Source: Octopus bimaculoides | Lineage: Eukaryota | Assembly (NCBI RefSeq): GCF_001194135.2 | Contig: NC_069002.1 | Location: 8,468,143-8,528,937, forward strand | Direction: 5' to 3' | DNA length: 60,795 nt | Shown: in pieces, positions 1-12,602 of the stretch | Position numbering within the stretch: the first letter of the stretch is position 1 | How the letters are laid out: each line of letters starts with the position of its first letter | Made by a program: the position numbers and the translations under genes | The notes under the pieces: generated by a model | Database searches by the model: none | The model's input: the letters and a program-made list of their open reading frames with translations, nothing else | What the model was told of the DNA's origin: nothing

Positions 1-1459
1 ATATACCTATATATATATATATATATATATATACCTATATATATATATACCTATATATATATAAAATATATGTATATATAAAATATATATATACCTATAT
101 ATACATATATATATTTTATATATACATATATATATTTTATATATACATATATATATATATGTATATATATACACCTATAGATATATATATACCTATACAT
201 GAATATATAAACATACACATACTTATATATATGTGTGGGTGTGCATATAGATGCCGAAGATAGAAGAAAGATTATATTCTTTGTATAATGTCCTTGGGAA
301 TGGCCTCCAGAGTGGGTTAATTGTAGGGGAGATTGATTAGCGCAATTAATTTATACTTCAGTGTAGAAAGCGATGCCACGTATCGTTGAGAATGTAGGAA
401 CGGCAGGCAAAACGGGTTTTTTAAATGCGGGGCTATTTATACAGGCATCATAGTGGTAAAAGAATGAATAGAACATTTTTACCTTTGACGAGGGGACCAA
501 ACTTGGTTTTATCGGTAAGAATCTAGGAACTGCGATCATAACGAGTGTCTAAATGTATTTTAATGTGTTTATTATGGATACAGCGGTCAAGAACCATGTC
601 AGTTAAAATAGTGGTTAAAGAATGAATAAAACAGCTTCATGATGGATATTTCATGTTGGTTGATGGTCTGCTAAAAGATGGAGTAAAATCAGTTGGAGAC
701 AAAATCGTCTTTTATCTGTAATGAGGAGACGAAACCTGGTTTCATCAGAATTTTGTAAAACTGTGTAGCATTGCAGCTGTGAGTGTATGCACAGTAATCG
801 TTGTGAGTTAAATCAATGTTTTCTAAAGACAATTTGCAAATAGTAATGTCAGGTCTCCTGTATTACAATTACGTCATTCAATAACTTTTATTCCAGAACT
901 ACAATACATGACATGAAGCAGTAAATATTTATCCAATGAACTGCGTGTAAGAGATGTTGTCACGAATCTCAGCTCACGCTACTAATGCCTCCGTTATTTC
1001 TTCTCTAAAGGCTCCTCAATCCATTTGATTATGTAATCAATTATAGAATTAACTGATGTTAATTAAAGAGATAATAGTTTATTTTAAGTGAGAACAACGA
1101 GATTTATTTTTAGGGTAGAATAGTTACTTGTTATACAATCATACCTTTCCTACACTGAAATCAAAACGATAGACCAACCTCAAAATTCTTCTGGAAATCA
1201 AATAATTTACTGTGACATGAATGCTACGTATTATTTCTACAAGCACAATACTACGGGCTTCTACAAAAAACTACAGTTTTATATAATTGTACTATAAGCT
1301 CTTAACTATAGAATTCTGCTACAGTCAGATTACTATGTCCTTCTGCTATGGCCTACTACGGTAACAATAATACTGCTAGCGTCTATTATAATAACAGAAT
1401 TATGTACTTTTATTTACCAATGTACTATATACTTCTATATCCACGTTACTATCTGCTTC

Positions 1460-1582
1460 TACTGTAAATACAGCGCCATCATCCGGTTTCTGTGACTGAC
1501 GAGGAGATAACCACTCCGAAATGCTTGCATCTCACAGTATGGATAGGTGGCGCAGCGAGCTGATTTAAGTGTATTTACAGTA
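1460..1582 (+). ncRNA. Type I hammerhead ribozyme with extended stem I (core 1490-1537, predicted cleavage after AUC at 1531)
   Basis: Stem I CTGTGA(1490-95)/TCACAG(1532-37); core CTGACGA(1496-1502); stem II GGAG(1503-06)-ATAACCA-CTCC(1514-17); GAAA(1518-21); stem III ATG-CTTG-CAT; C17 at 1531. Distal stem I: ATCC/GGAT, GCGCCATC/GGTGGCGC, TACTGTAAATACA(1460-72)/TGTATTTACAGTA(1570-82). Confidence 0.93.
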
Positions 1583-1773
1583 TCTATCTACAGCGGAAAA
1601 TTTCTTCCAAGAAAAGCACAGTGAATGGCTTATTTACAGGTCTGAACGAACTACTGGCATATTCGAACTGGTAACAAAATTGCATTTGTAAATACCGTGA
1701 TATGTCGTTCTATCTTGACTAAACTGCGTAATTCTACTAGAACCACTGTACTATAAAAAAATATACTATATAC

Positions 1774-2647
1774 ATCTGCTATGAGTATGTTGAATGTGCT
1801 ACAGCTTGGCCATACCCGCTAAAAGATACTAAATAAATACATTTATTCTTCTATACAATACTTATTAATAGCTGTTATAACTACTGTGACTAATCGTTGT
1901 AATATTGTTTATCTTTGAGCAACATGGACTTTCAATTGTAATTCTATCTCAGACAATAATCATAAATTAATTCAGGATTCAGTTAAATTCACATAAAATT
2001 ACAGAACTAAATCAATTACACAAACTTTACATGCAACAAAATTCTCCAGTTGCTCATTACAACTAACATTTTTGGAAAGAATGTGTAAGTCAAAAATATT
2101 GATCAATATCAAAGACACTGTCGGCAAATTCATATGCAATATATGTTTCCAGAATTAAATAAGTGACCGTAAGATCGTCATATCAAGATCCTACAGTTGT
2201 CCTACTATATAATCATTTAGAGATTTTAACTGTCTCCGATATATCATTAATACGTGACTTCTGCACATTTTCATTGTTCACAAACTTTATTTCCTTCTAA
2301 TCCGATTTGGCTCGGTAATACAGGTCCTAAATCTTAATTTAAATCTTGGTGATCATTTCGATGATCAGGTTTGATGCGAATTCCTCGTTGAGAAACTGAT
2401 AACACTTTCTTCCAGTAGACTTAATTCCGCTCACCGAGAGACTATTCTAACATTTCCAATCTGTTTATGCTTCAGAACACAGAAGAGAGATCTAAAACAA
2501 CTGGAGAACAAAACCCTTATTTCTTCTTGCCAAGTTACTTTTCTCTTTTCTTGTTTGCGTTATTCCAACGGTAAATGATTATTTATCTGTTTGGAGCTGA
2601 ATAATGAAGACTCGGAGATAACCACCTTGCATATGGATACTGGGACA
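1774..2647 (+). mobile_element. Unclassified ~0.9-kb interspersed repeat, copy 1 (adjacent to hammerhead ribozyme)
   Basis: Colinear near-identity over most of its length with the reverse complement of 33137-34018 (e.g. shared CTCGGTAATACAGGTCCTAAATCTTAATTTAAATCTTGGTGATCATTTCGATGATCAGG); no long ORF. Confidence 0.85.
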
Positions 2648-3321
2648 TAGATTTCATTCGCAAATGCGCTTAAGGAAGATATTAATCTCATAATTTACTC
2701 ACCACACTACCACTTATATGAGAGGAATTTAGACTTAGTTGAAAATACTCTTATACGCTATAAGAATATATGTATTCTTTCGAAAAGATGTGAAATAATA
2801 ACTTTCTGGAACGATGTATCTCGAAACAAGTACAGCTAGAAAAGATAGCATGTAGATATTGGGTTAAAAAGCTATTTTGGTAAGAGAAAGTCGAAGGCTG
2901 GTCGTGGGACTGGAACAGCGTCTCTTGTAGGCATGTCAAGCGTTCGGCCATGGGTAGTCGTCGCTTTTTTTTTCCTATTCACAAGAATGTTTCCACCCAA
3001 TGCTATTATTTATAACTTTATCTCCTTCGAGATATACTGTTACAAAGAAAAGATAGCTTTGTCAAAAGTGGCGTTGTAATAGGGGTAAATTTCAATAAGC
3101 TAGAAACTTCAAGCTTTCAATTCCCTGTAGCTGACCTTTTAATTCTATTCTATCCCTTTATAAGATGTAATAGTCATTCAAGATTCAGTTAAATTTGCAT
3201 AAAAAATTACCTAAAGAATTTTCTTCGCAGTCTGTTAAGGTATGGCAATTTTTTGGCCAATTCTAAAATAAATTAGTATTTTTTCAAATTATATTATACT
3301 AGGTAATTTGGAAAGGTAAAT

Positions 3322-3673
3322 CGATTACACTAAACACAGTACATGAATGGTATTTATTTTATCGACTCTGAGAGGATGAAAGGCTAAGTCGATCTCGGCG
3401 GAATTTGAACTCAGAACGTGGAGAGACGAAATACCGCTAAGCTTTTCATCCAGCGTGCTAACGTTTCTGATTTCGTTATTGCTCACAAAGGGCTGAACAT
3501 AGAGGGGTTCAGTCGATTACATCGACCCAGTACGTAACTGGTAATTTATCGATTCCGAAGGGATGAAAGGCATATTTGACCTCAGCGGAATTTGAACTCA
3601 GAACGTAACGGCAGACAAAATACCTCTAAGCATTTCGCCCGGCGTGCAACGTTTCTGCCAGCTCACCGCCTTA
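3322..3673 (-). mobile_element. Two tandem copies of tRNA-derived SINE family A (Meta/MESC-type central domain)
   Basis: Reverse complement of GGCGGYGAGCTGGCAGAAACGTTAGC...GTTCTGAGTTCAAATTCCGCCGAGGTCGACTTTGCCTTTCATCCTTTCGGGGTCGATAAA...GTACCAG; the head contains a B-box-like GAGTTCAAAT. Confidence 0.85.
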
Positions 3674-6269
3674 GAATCTGAAAATATTATTTTTAAAAAA
3701 GGTATTATAGTGAATATCGGAATCAGTCGAACTTCCTACCAACACTCAAAGTTATGAATTATGTATGTAGGAGAAGAGAAACTTCTAGTGTCTCTGAAAT
3801 AGGTGAGCCCAAAGGTAGACTTCATTCTTGCCTTAGTTCTCCCCATGGCAGGTAGATTTTAAAAAAATGGAAACATAATTGTCTTTGTCATAGACCCATT
3901 ACGGGGCCCGGGAACGTATATGAACTCTCTACATCTTTCACACCAGGCAATTTATCATTTACCAAAATATTCAGCTGTGTCACAAACTGAAAGCAACGGA
4001 TATAAAAAGTCATTGCAAATTTCAATTTTCGTATATCAGAGATAGGAAAACAGAGCTGCAAATACGTCGATTCCTTCTTATCTAACAGTTAATATAGATA
4101 AATTAAACTGTAATAAACTTCTTTGTTCATGGAACCATAATAATTTACTTTCAGTCATTGCGCGCTCTATATATTTATCTCTCTGTCTCTCTATCTTTCT
4201 CTCTCTCTTACCACCTATCTGTATTAATTTTATAAATTAAAATCTGGTTGATGTTTTTTCATTGTTTTTTTTCCTTCGTTTTTCATCATTGTCTATGTGT
4301 GCTTTTTTTGATTTGATTTTTGTTGATGTCTCGAAATTAATTTTTCTTTGATATCTCCCCCCCACCCCAGTTTTATTTATCTATGATTTTTGTTCTTATC
4401 TTTCCAGGAATAGGGTGAAATTTAAAGAAATCTCGAAAGTTTTAATGTATTTTCTATTATTTGCTTATTTGAATCAATATAAAATAATTAGAAGTTTCCC
4501 GATTTGAGGCTGAACACGTTCATCGTAAATTTATCATTTCTTATAACTAGTTAGAAAAACAAACTGCTTAGATGACAGAAATAAAAATATATAGCACAGC
4601 AATCTGAGAGGTCAACACTCCGAATTAAGAACAAAGATTACGCCCAACGTAGTGATATTTAATTTCCAAGAATTTTCTATTTCAAATGAGAACATCTTAT
4701 ATCGCAGAATATCTGTTCTGTTATATCCATCTGTGTATGCTTACGAAGATATTTCGCTACTGCTTCTGCCACTTCCCCTCCTCAAGATTTCAGTCATACT
4801 GTAACATCTATTATGCTTTACTCGCTCTAGGACTCTGGGCAAGTGATATAACTGGGCAAGTGATATAATAATAATAATGGTGATGATGTTTCCTTATCAA
4901 CCAATTTTTATATGTTCATAGAGAGCCTCAAATGGGTTTATGCGTCTTTCTTACCTTTCTGAAACATAAATTAAACGAAGAAATTCCATCCAGGAATCGA
5001 AGTCTTCAACTTGAACCAAGTCAAAGTAAAACATGTCAGGCAGTTTTCCAAACGTCTGAAGATGTTTGTATTAGTCCTAGTCATCTATAGCCAATACCTA
5101 ATTGTTGCCTGTCAGATAATCTAGCCCTCGAGTGATTAGATTATCAATTGACACTGCACTCACCCATTCACAGAAACTCAATCTCTCAATGACATCTACA
5201 AATTTAAGAAGGAACAGCACAAGTATAGCAGACGTATTACTCGCCAGTTTCCTGTAACAAACGATCTCATAAAGCAACTTCAATCCTCTGCTTAGCGGAA
5301 GAGATATGAAAGTTGGACGTTAATCAGTTAATTACTAAGTGAGTTTATAGGTTACATGTCGTTGCAGTGCATTGAATTAAAAACAGACTTTTCATGGCAG
5401 AGAGAATATTTCTCTTCAGTTTGTAAAGTAAATTTGAATATCACCGAGATAATTTCTACCTATATTGCGAAACGTTAGAGAATTTAAAGACTAGCTTGAT
5501 AATAGAATTTGTAAGGAACAGAAATTAAACTGGTCTTTAGCTAATGTATATAAGTTATTTCGTGTTAAATCAATTAGGAATACTGGTCAATGGTCAATCT
5601 ATTCAGAAACTTGCATATAATGAATGTCGATAGACTGCCAGTCTGATGGCCACAAGTTCATATTAAGTTAACAGTAAAGTTCATCAACGATCTTCTCCCT
5701 CTTTTCACTTCAATTTTCTTTATATGCGTTTAGTAGGATCTATTCTGTTGAAGATATTCGAGTCAGATCTGCTGTCTGGTGATAACGTTTTGCTTTCATT
5801 AGTGTTGATGTTCTGGAAAAGGTTAAGGTTATTGCACTTCCAGTACTGAATAAGCAATATAGATAATGAAAAATGGAAATAGTTAGCTACCAGAATGAGT
5901 TGTAAATCTCCGAACGAATGTAAATTGTGATAGCGTGTTTACCTTCTCCAATGATATCAGATTAGTAGTGCAAATAACGTAGGAGGGTTCCAAACGAGAA
6001 TCAAATCTGAACGACTCTCATAACTCTTGCTAAAGTACGTTGTTATAGAAGAAAGTAGACTGTGATGGAAATAAGACGAGTACACACACACACGTGTACA
6101 TCTGTCTGTGTGTATGTATATATGTATTCACGTATACATGTATGTATATACCTATATATATATACATATATATATATATATACATGCATAGATATGTATA
6201 TCTATATATATAAAAATGAATAAAGATAGTCAAGAAGAAGGAGTACGTTTAGACAACTATTTAATAAAG

Positions 6270-6372
6270 ACTACACATGTTTCGATACAACAGGGATACA
6301 CATATATACAGGATTTAAATTAAGCAACGGTTTACCTGTATTATGGTATCCAGTTGTATCTCATCAGGTGAT
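6270..6372 (-). ncRNA. Degenerate type I hammerhead ribozyme (Penelope-like terminal-repeat type)
   Basis: Minus strand CTGATGA(6367-61)-GATACAAC...GTTGTATC-GAAA(6283-80)-CATGTGTA. Long stem II of three helices (6284-91/6353-60, 6294-99/6346-51, 6306-12/6335-41) and palindromic ACATGT in stem III. Stem I is only ~2 bp. Confidence 0.6.
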
Positions 6373-6627
6373 ATATGATCGGTTTCCCCGTAAGTAAATC
6401 TTTCACTTTGATGTTAACACATCCAACTAGCTCTTTTGAATTGGCTATTTGGTAATTCCAAGGGTGAACGAGCTCTTTTTTGTACTCTAATACGTTCCTA
6501 ATGGAATACACCTTATATATATATATATATATATGATAAAATCTTTATAAGAATTTATCAAGTAGTCAGCGTGAAAAAACCCCATAAGGAAAAAAAACCC
6601 ATCGTTTTTTTCATAAATATATATAAT

Positions 6628-7210
6628 NNNNNNNNNNNNNNNNNNNNNNNNNNNNNNNNNNNNNNNNNNNNNNNNNNNNNNNNNNNNNNNNNNNNNNNNN
6701 NNNNNNNNNNNNNNNNNNNNNNNNNNNNNNNNNNNNNNNNNNNNNNNNNNNNNNNNNNNNNNNNNNNNNNNNNNNNNNNNNNNNNNNNNNNNNNNNNNNN
6801 NNNNNNNNNNNNNNNNNNNNNNNNNNNNNNNNNNNNNNNNNNNNNNNNNNNNNNNNNNNNNNNNNNNNNNNNNNNNNNNNNNNNNNNNNNNNNNNNNNNN
6901 NNNNNNNNNNNNNNNNNNNNNNNNNNNNNNNNNNNNNNNNNNNNNNNNNNNNNNNNNNNNNNNNNNNNNNNNNNNNNNNNNNNNNNNNNNNNNNNNNNNN
7001 NNNNNNNNNNNNNNNNNNNNNNNNNNNNNNNNNNNNNNNNNNNNNNNNNNNNNNNNNNNNNNNNNNNNNNNNNNNNNNNNNNNNNNNNNNNNNNNNNNNN
7101 NNNNNNNNNNNNNNNNNNNNNNNNNNNNNNNNNNNNNNNNNNNNNNNNNNNNNNNNNNNNNNNNNNNNNNNNNNNNNNNNNNNNNNNNNNNNNNNNNNNN
7201 NNNNNNNNNN
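6628..7210. other. Assembly gap (other gaps: 8319-8422, 11212-11221, 14955-14964, 37110-37205, 49586-49909, 53948-54073)
   Basis: Runs of N. Confidence 1.
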
Positions 7211-8253
7211 CTAACCACTAAGCTACCACCTAATATGTATATTTAGACACAGTTACGTTTTCGTGACTCGAGTTTCGTACTTACTACAGCTGTAATATCT
7301 CGATATAACTCTTCTTTTATATCATTTGGCTGTTGTTTGCTTTATTATTCATATTGTCTGTGGTGGATTGATTTTAAATATTTTGTTGCATCTTCTTTGT
7401 TCGTTATGATTATATTTAGGTTTCCTTCTCTCTTTTAGGTTGCATCTATTTCTGTTTGTGATGTCAAATTATTTTTATTCATCGTAGACAGTGCATTCCT
7501 GTATGTAAATTACTCCAGTATACGTCCCATGATAATCACAGAAAATATATAATTACCACGCAAAATATACACCACATAATCAGAAGTGAGATAAGTTCAA
7601 TTTGAACCATGATCAGCATACGCAACCAGCAATGACCCAATAACTGTGCAGATCATGAAAACATAAAACCTCCCGGGCCAAGAATAGTAATCTTCCATAG
7701 GGTTAGAGGAAACGAACGACAAATTCCTAATTCAATACAAACCAGGACAAACTCCATACACACAAAAACTGTTATAGAAATACGTTTAGAATATTTAAAG
7801 ACAAAAATATCAACAACGGTTAATGACTCTATAGATAAGATTATAATATTAAACACACTAAACATAATAACAATGGACGAAATGAATGACTGGCAAACAA
7901 GAAGCTTTTAAGGACAATTTGATAAACAAGGGGATCTAATCGCGAAATCAAATAAACAACGAACCGTAGATGAAAAAGAAAATATTCCGTAATTTGAAAA
8001 ATCGGAGATACGCTTTTATGAATTTCACAGTTTTAAATTGGATAAACAAAATGATTTTCCTGAACAGCAAAATATCTAAGGCAACATCGAAATACAGAGA
8101 TGGATGGCTGAAAAGGTCTTTAACTAACAAAGAGGATTGAAACAAAACATTAAAATCCAATCAGGCACAGGAACAACCAAAAAGTAAAACATAATTTGTT
8201 TTATATATTGACTCGTCTGTTCGTCATTCGTTCGACAAATATTGATATTATTA

Positions 8254-8269
<16 letters not shown>

Positions 8270-8286
<17 letters not shown>

Positions 8287-8422
8287 TGTATGTACGTATA
8301 TATGTGTGTGTGTGTGTGNNNNNNNNNNNNNNNNNNNNNNNNNNNNNNNNNNNNNNNNNNNNNNNNNNNNNNNNNNNNNNNNNNNNNNNNNNNNNNNNNN
8401 NNNNNNNNNNNNNNNNNNNNNN

Positions 8423-8490
<68 letters not shown>

Positions 8491-8808
8491 GTATATATCC
8501 ATATATATATATATACATATATATATATACATATGTATATATCCATATATATATATACATATGTATATATACATAAGTATATATCCATATATATATATAT
8601 ACATATGTATATATCCATATATGTATATATATATATATACATATGTATATATCCATACATACATATATATCCATATGTATATATCCATACATATATATAT
8701 ATCCATATGTATATATCCATACATATATATATACATACATATATCCATATACATATGCCCATATATATATATATATATCCACATATATATACATGTGTTT
8801 GTGTGTAA

Positions 8809-8870
<62 letters not shown>
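8270..8870. repeat. Compound (TA)n/(TG)n microsatellite with ATATATACATATGTATATATCC minisatellite, spanning a gap
   Basis: Visible periodicity. Confidence 0.95.
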
Positions 8871-8871
<1 letters not shown>

Positions 8872-9164
8872 TAAATTGCGTCTAGGTAGAAAAGATCGTT
8901 ATTACATATATATAAAAGAAAGGTTTTAGTATTTTTAACATTCTTGTTTGTATATATTCTTTTTGACTCATCTTTCATATTTTGCCTAAATTATCTGTTT
9001 TTGACCTCGTTAGTTTCTTTTCAAATCTAATATATGTACACCCCACCATTCCTCTTCTCTAAAGAAGTTCAACAACCCGAGAAAATAGAGAAAACTTGAA
9101 AAGGAATAAAGAAATACTTCAGTCTATATCTGTATGGGAATACGTATGTACCCACTTATTTATT

Positions 9165-9197
<33 letters not shown>

Positions 9198-10771
9198 ATA
9201 ATTCCTTTTTAACTGCGGAACTCGCAGTAGATTAAAGTGTAAATATATATTAATAGTAAATAAACATTGGGATACAAACGTCGAAAGGTTCAGTCACTTC
9301 TTCCAGCCAATAACATACGATTTCTAATTTCTCGAAGTTTCTTAATTCCCATGATATAAACACTGTGTGTGTGTGTGTTTCTTTTCTCTTTTGCTTGTTT
9401 CAGTTATCCAGTCTCGGCCATGCTGGGCACCGTCGCGAAGCGTTTTTGTCGAATTAACCAGATATAGAAGTGGACGGTCGCATGAAACTATATATGTGTC
9501 TGTGTGAGTATCTGTATGTGTGTGTGGAGGGGCTTGTATTGTGTGCGTGTGGGGCTGGGTGTGTGTGTATTGTTTACTTGTCCATGACGTTTGCACAGGT
9601 GATATTTATGCCGTTAATATTACTTTTAAACAGTTGCAAATCAACACCTGCAGGAAAGACAAGAGCAGAGGAAATATTCAAGGTGGGCCGACGACATTCT
9701 GGGGAGAAAATTTGGGGAATCCGAAGTATTTTGGGAGTCCTGATTACTAGAAATGACATGAAGTGGAAATTAGAGTCAGGTGTACCTGATCGGGGGGTAC
9801 GAGGCCAACCAGCTCCCAGCAAAAAAAAAGTCATGACTGTAGCGATAGGTAAAAAGAGATGCGGCAGAGCCCCTGGAGTTGAGGGGCTGAAATGAAACTG
9901 TTACTGATTGAATTCTCGTCAGTTAAGAGATTTTTCCGGTGGGAAAAAACACAAATTTCACAACTCCCGAAGTAAACACAGTCATGTGATGGAAGTCACT
10001 ACTAGCTCTCACTTCACACGCAATCGTGTGCTGCCACCTGTTGGTGTGCTTCAGAACTCACCCGGGAATTTTATAATAGCACTTCGTATGTATGTATGTA
10101 TGTATGCATACATGTTTGTGTGCCTCTTTTATTTTTTAATTATTATAAATCTTCCACTGAGGAGGGGGGCTGGTTTCCAACAAAGATACAAGGCTCCATC
10201 TTTGGGATATGTATGTGAATGAATGTCTGTATACGTGTTGGTGTGTGTATGTCTGTGTGTATAAAGAGTGTATTTATGTAATTATTTGGTCGTTATTTTT
10301 CAGTTGTCGCTCATTTGTCTGCGTCCTACTTCCCAAAGTCTCGATCACAACAAATTGTATTTAAAATATGTTTATAGACCTATTCATTTGCTTATATATT
10401 TTTATCTCACTTATATAATTTATTTACTTCAGCAATTCTTATTTCACTAATACATCTTCAAAATTAAATCAATTCCGATGAAACCCTACTTTATTACAAC
10501 CACTGAAAATATCTTGAATAATTTCCAAGTAATCTGGCAACAAGAATTTGATAAGCTGTCTGCTATTTAAGTTTCTTACATACTTAAGAGTAAGATGTAA
10601 ATAGCCATCCAAATAAAAACACGGGAATATCACATGTAGTCCACATGATGCGATGTCACTTGTTGTACTTTGCTTAACAAAAGTTCGGTGATAGTTTTCG
10701 TTTTTATTTTGCTGTTATTTTTGTTTCTTTTCTCCCGAGACATATGGCTGTATATAATTATACCGCCGATG

Positions 10772-12575
10772 AAGGCTGCGAGCTGGCAGAAACGTTAGCA
10801 CGCCGGGCGAAATGCTTAACGGTATTTCGTCTGCCGTTATGTTCTGAGTTCAAATTCCGCCGAGGTCGACTTTGCCTTTCATCCTTTCGACTTAATCCGT
10901 TCGTCTGTTTATGTTTAGCCCCTTGTGGGCAATAAGGAAATAGGTATTTCGTCTGTCTTTTCATTCTGAGTTCAAATTTCACTGATGTCGACTTTGCCTT
11001 TCATCCTTTCGGGGTCGTTAAATAAAGTACCAGTGAAACGCTGGGGTCGACGTAATCGACTAGTGCCTACCTGCAAAATTCCAGGCCTTGTACCTTCAGC
11101 AGAAAGGATTATTCTGCCGATAAAGGCAGCGAGCTGGCAGAATGGTTAGCACGCTGGACGAAATGCTTAGCGGTATTTCGCCCGTCGCTACGTTCTGAGT
11201 TCAAATTTCGCNNNNNNNNNNTTCGCCCGTCGCTACGTTCTGAGTTCAAATTTCGCCGTGGTCGACTTTGCCTTTCATCCTTTCGGGGTCGATAAATCAA
11301 GTACCAGTGACACACTGGAGTCGATGTAATCGAGTAGTCCCTCCCCACAAAAAAATTCAGACTTTGCGCCTTTAATAGAAAGGATCATTATTATTGTTAC
11401 TGTTTTGTTTAACACAACTTCACTGGAGACTGTAACAACATGTCAACAGTGTACAACCATTTAGACTTCGAGAACTCTGCGGAAGATTCTTGCCGTTTGG
11501 AATAAGACTGTTTCCACTAGTTGACTTAGCTTCCCATATAACCCGATCTTTTCAGTCCAATATATGAGCCTGGTACTTACTATTATAATAAAACAAATAT
11601 GTAATTAAATAAATAATAAAGGAAGCGCTATTAAAATGACGAGTTGTCAGGACAAGTAGCACGCCCGACAACATGCTTAGCTGCATTATTTCTAGCTTGT
11701 TACGTTCTGATTTCAAATTCCGCCGAAATTGACGTTGCCTTTCAGCTTTGCAGTCGATAATATAAAGTACCGACCGAGTAGTGGGGTCCACTGGCCTCTT
11801 CCTCTCCAAATGCTAAGGGAAATTTCTTCTGGTTCTACGCTCTGTGTTTAAATGCCGTTCAGGCTAATTTTGCTTTTCATCCTTGCGGTGTCAATAAATT
11901 AAACACCAGTTGACCACTGGGTGTCGATGTAATCGACTTCCCTACTCTTTAAAAAGGTTCGCCTTGTGCCAAAATATTAGAATTTCTATTAAGCTGGTGA
12001 GCTACAAGAATCGTTCAATTGACGGGAAAATGTATTGCCGTATTTATATTCTGAGCTCAAATGCCGCCTAGATCAACATGGCCTTCATTATTTCGTGGTC
12101 GACAAAACAAGATAATAATAATGATAAAAATAGCTGACCTTGTGCCAAAATCTGAAACCAATTATTATTATTGGTTGTTTGGCAAGATCATTAGTGCACC
12201 ATATAAGATGTCTTACTCTGCTTATTTTAACTCTCCTTACGCGTTTCAATTATAGCTGAGGAAGTTTGGCTTTTCTGGGTTCGGTAAAACAATGTTTTAG
12301 CCAAGTAGTTAGCTTGATTTTATAGACTGACTCTTCCCACAATTTGTGGCCTTCTGCCAATCAATGTTAGAAACAATTATTACTATATTATTATTATTAA
12401 GGCGGTGAGCTGGCAGAATCGTTTGCAGGCCGAGGTATTTCGTCTGTTTTAAGGTTCAGAGCTCAAATTCTGCCGGAGTCGACTTGACCATTCATCATTT
12501 CAGGGACGACGAAATAAGTATCAATTGAACATTGGGGTTGATGTAATCGACTTACCACCTCCCGCGAAATTTCAG
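10772..12575 (+). mobile_element. Cluster of ~7 same-strand SINE family A copies/fragments of differing divergence
   Basis: Family motifs recur at ~10772, 10946, 11122, 11640, 11830, 11990 and 12400, separated by short (TTA)n-like spacers. Confidence 0.85.
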
Positions 12576-12602
12576 GCTCCTACCTGAAAGGATGGAGCCT
12601 GA

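Noticed and set aside
4930-5300. Protein-like plus-strand stretch (LKHKLNEEIPSRNRSLQLEPSQ...)
   Set aside because: Multiple stops, no splice signals or recognisable motif.
8196-8929. Long IY/YI/VC-rich ORFs here and throughout the ORF track
   Set aside because: These are translations of (TA)n/(TG)n microsatellites or N-runs, which lack stops in some frames.
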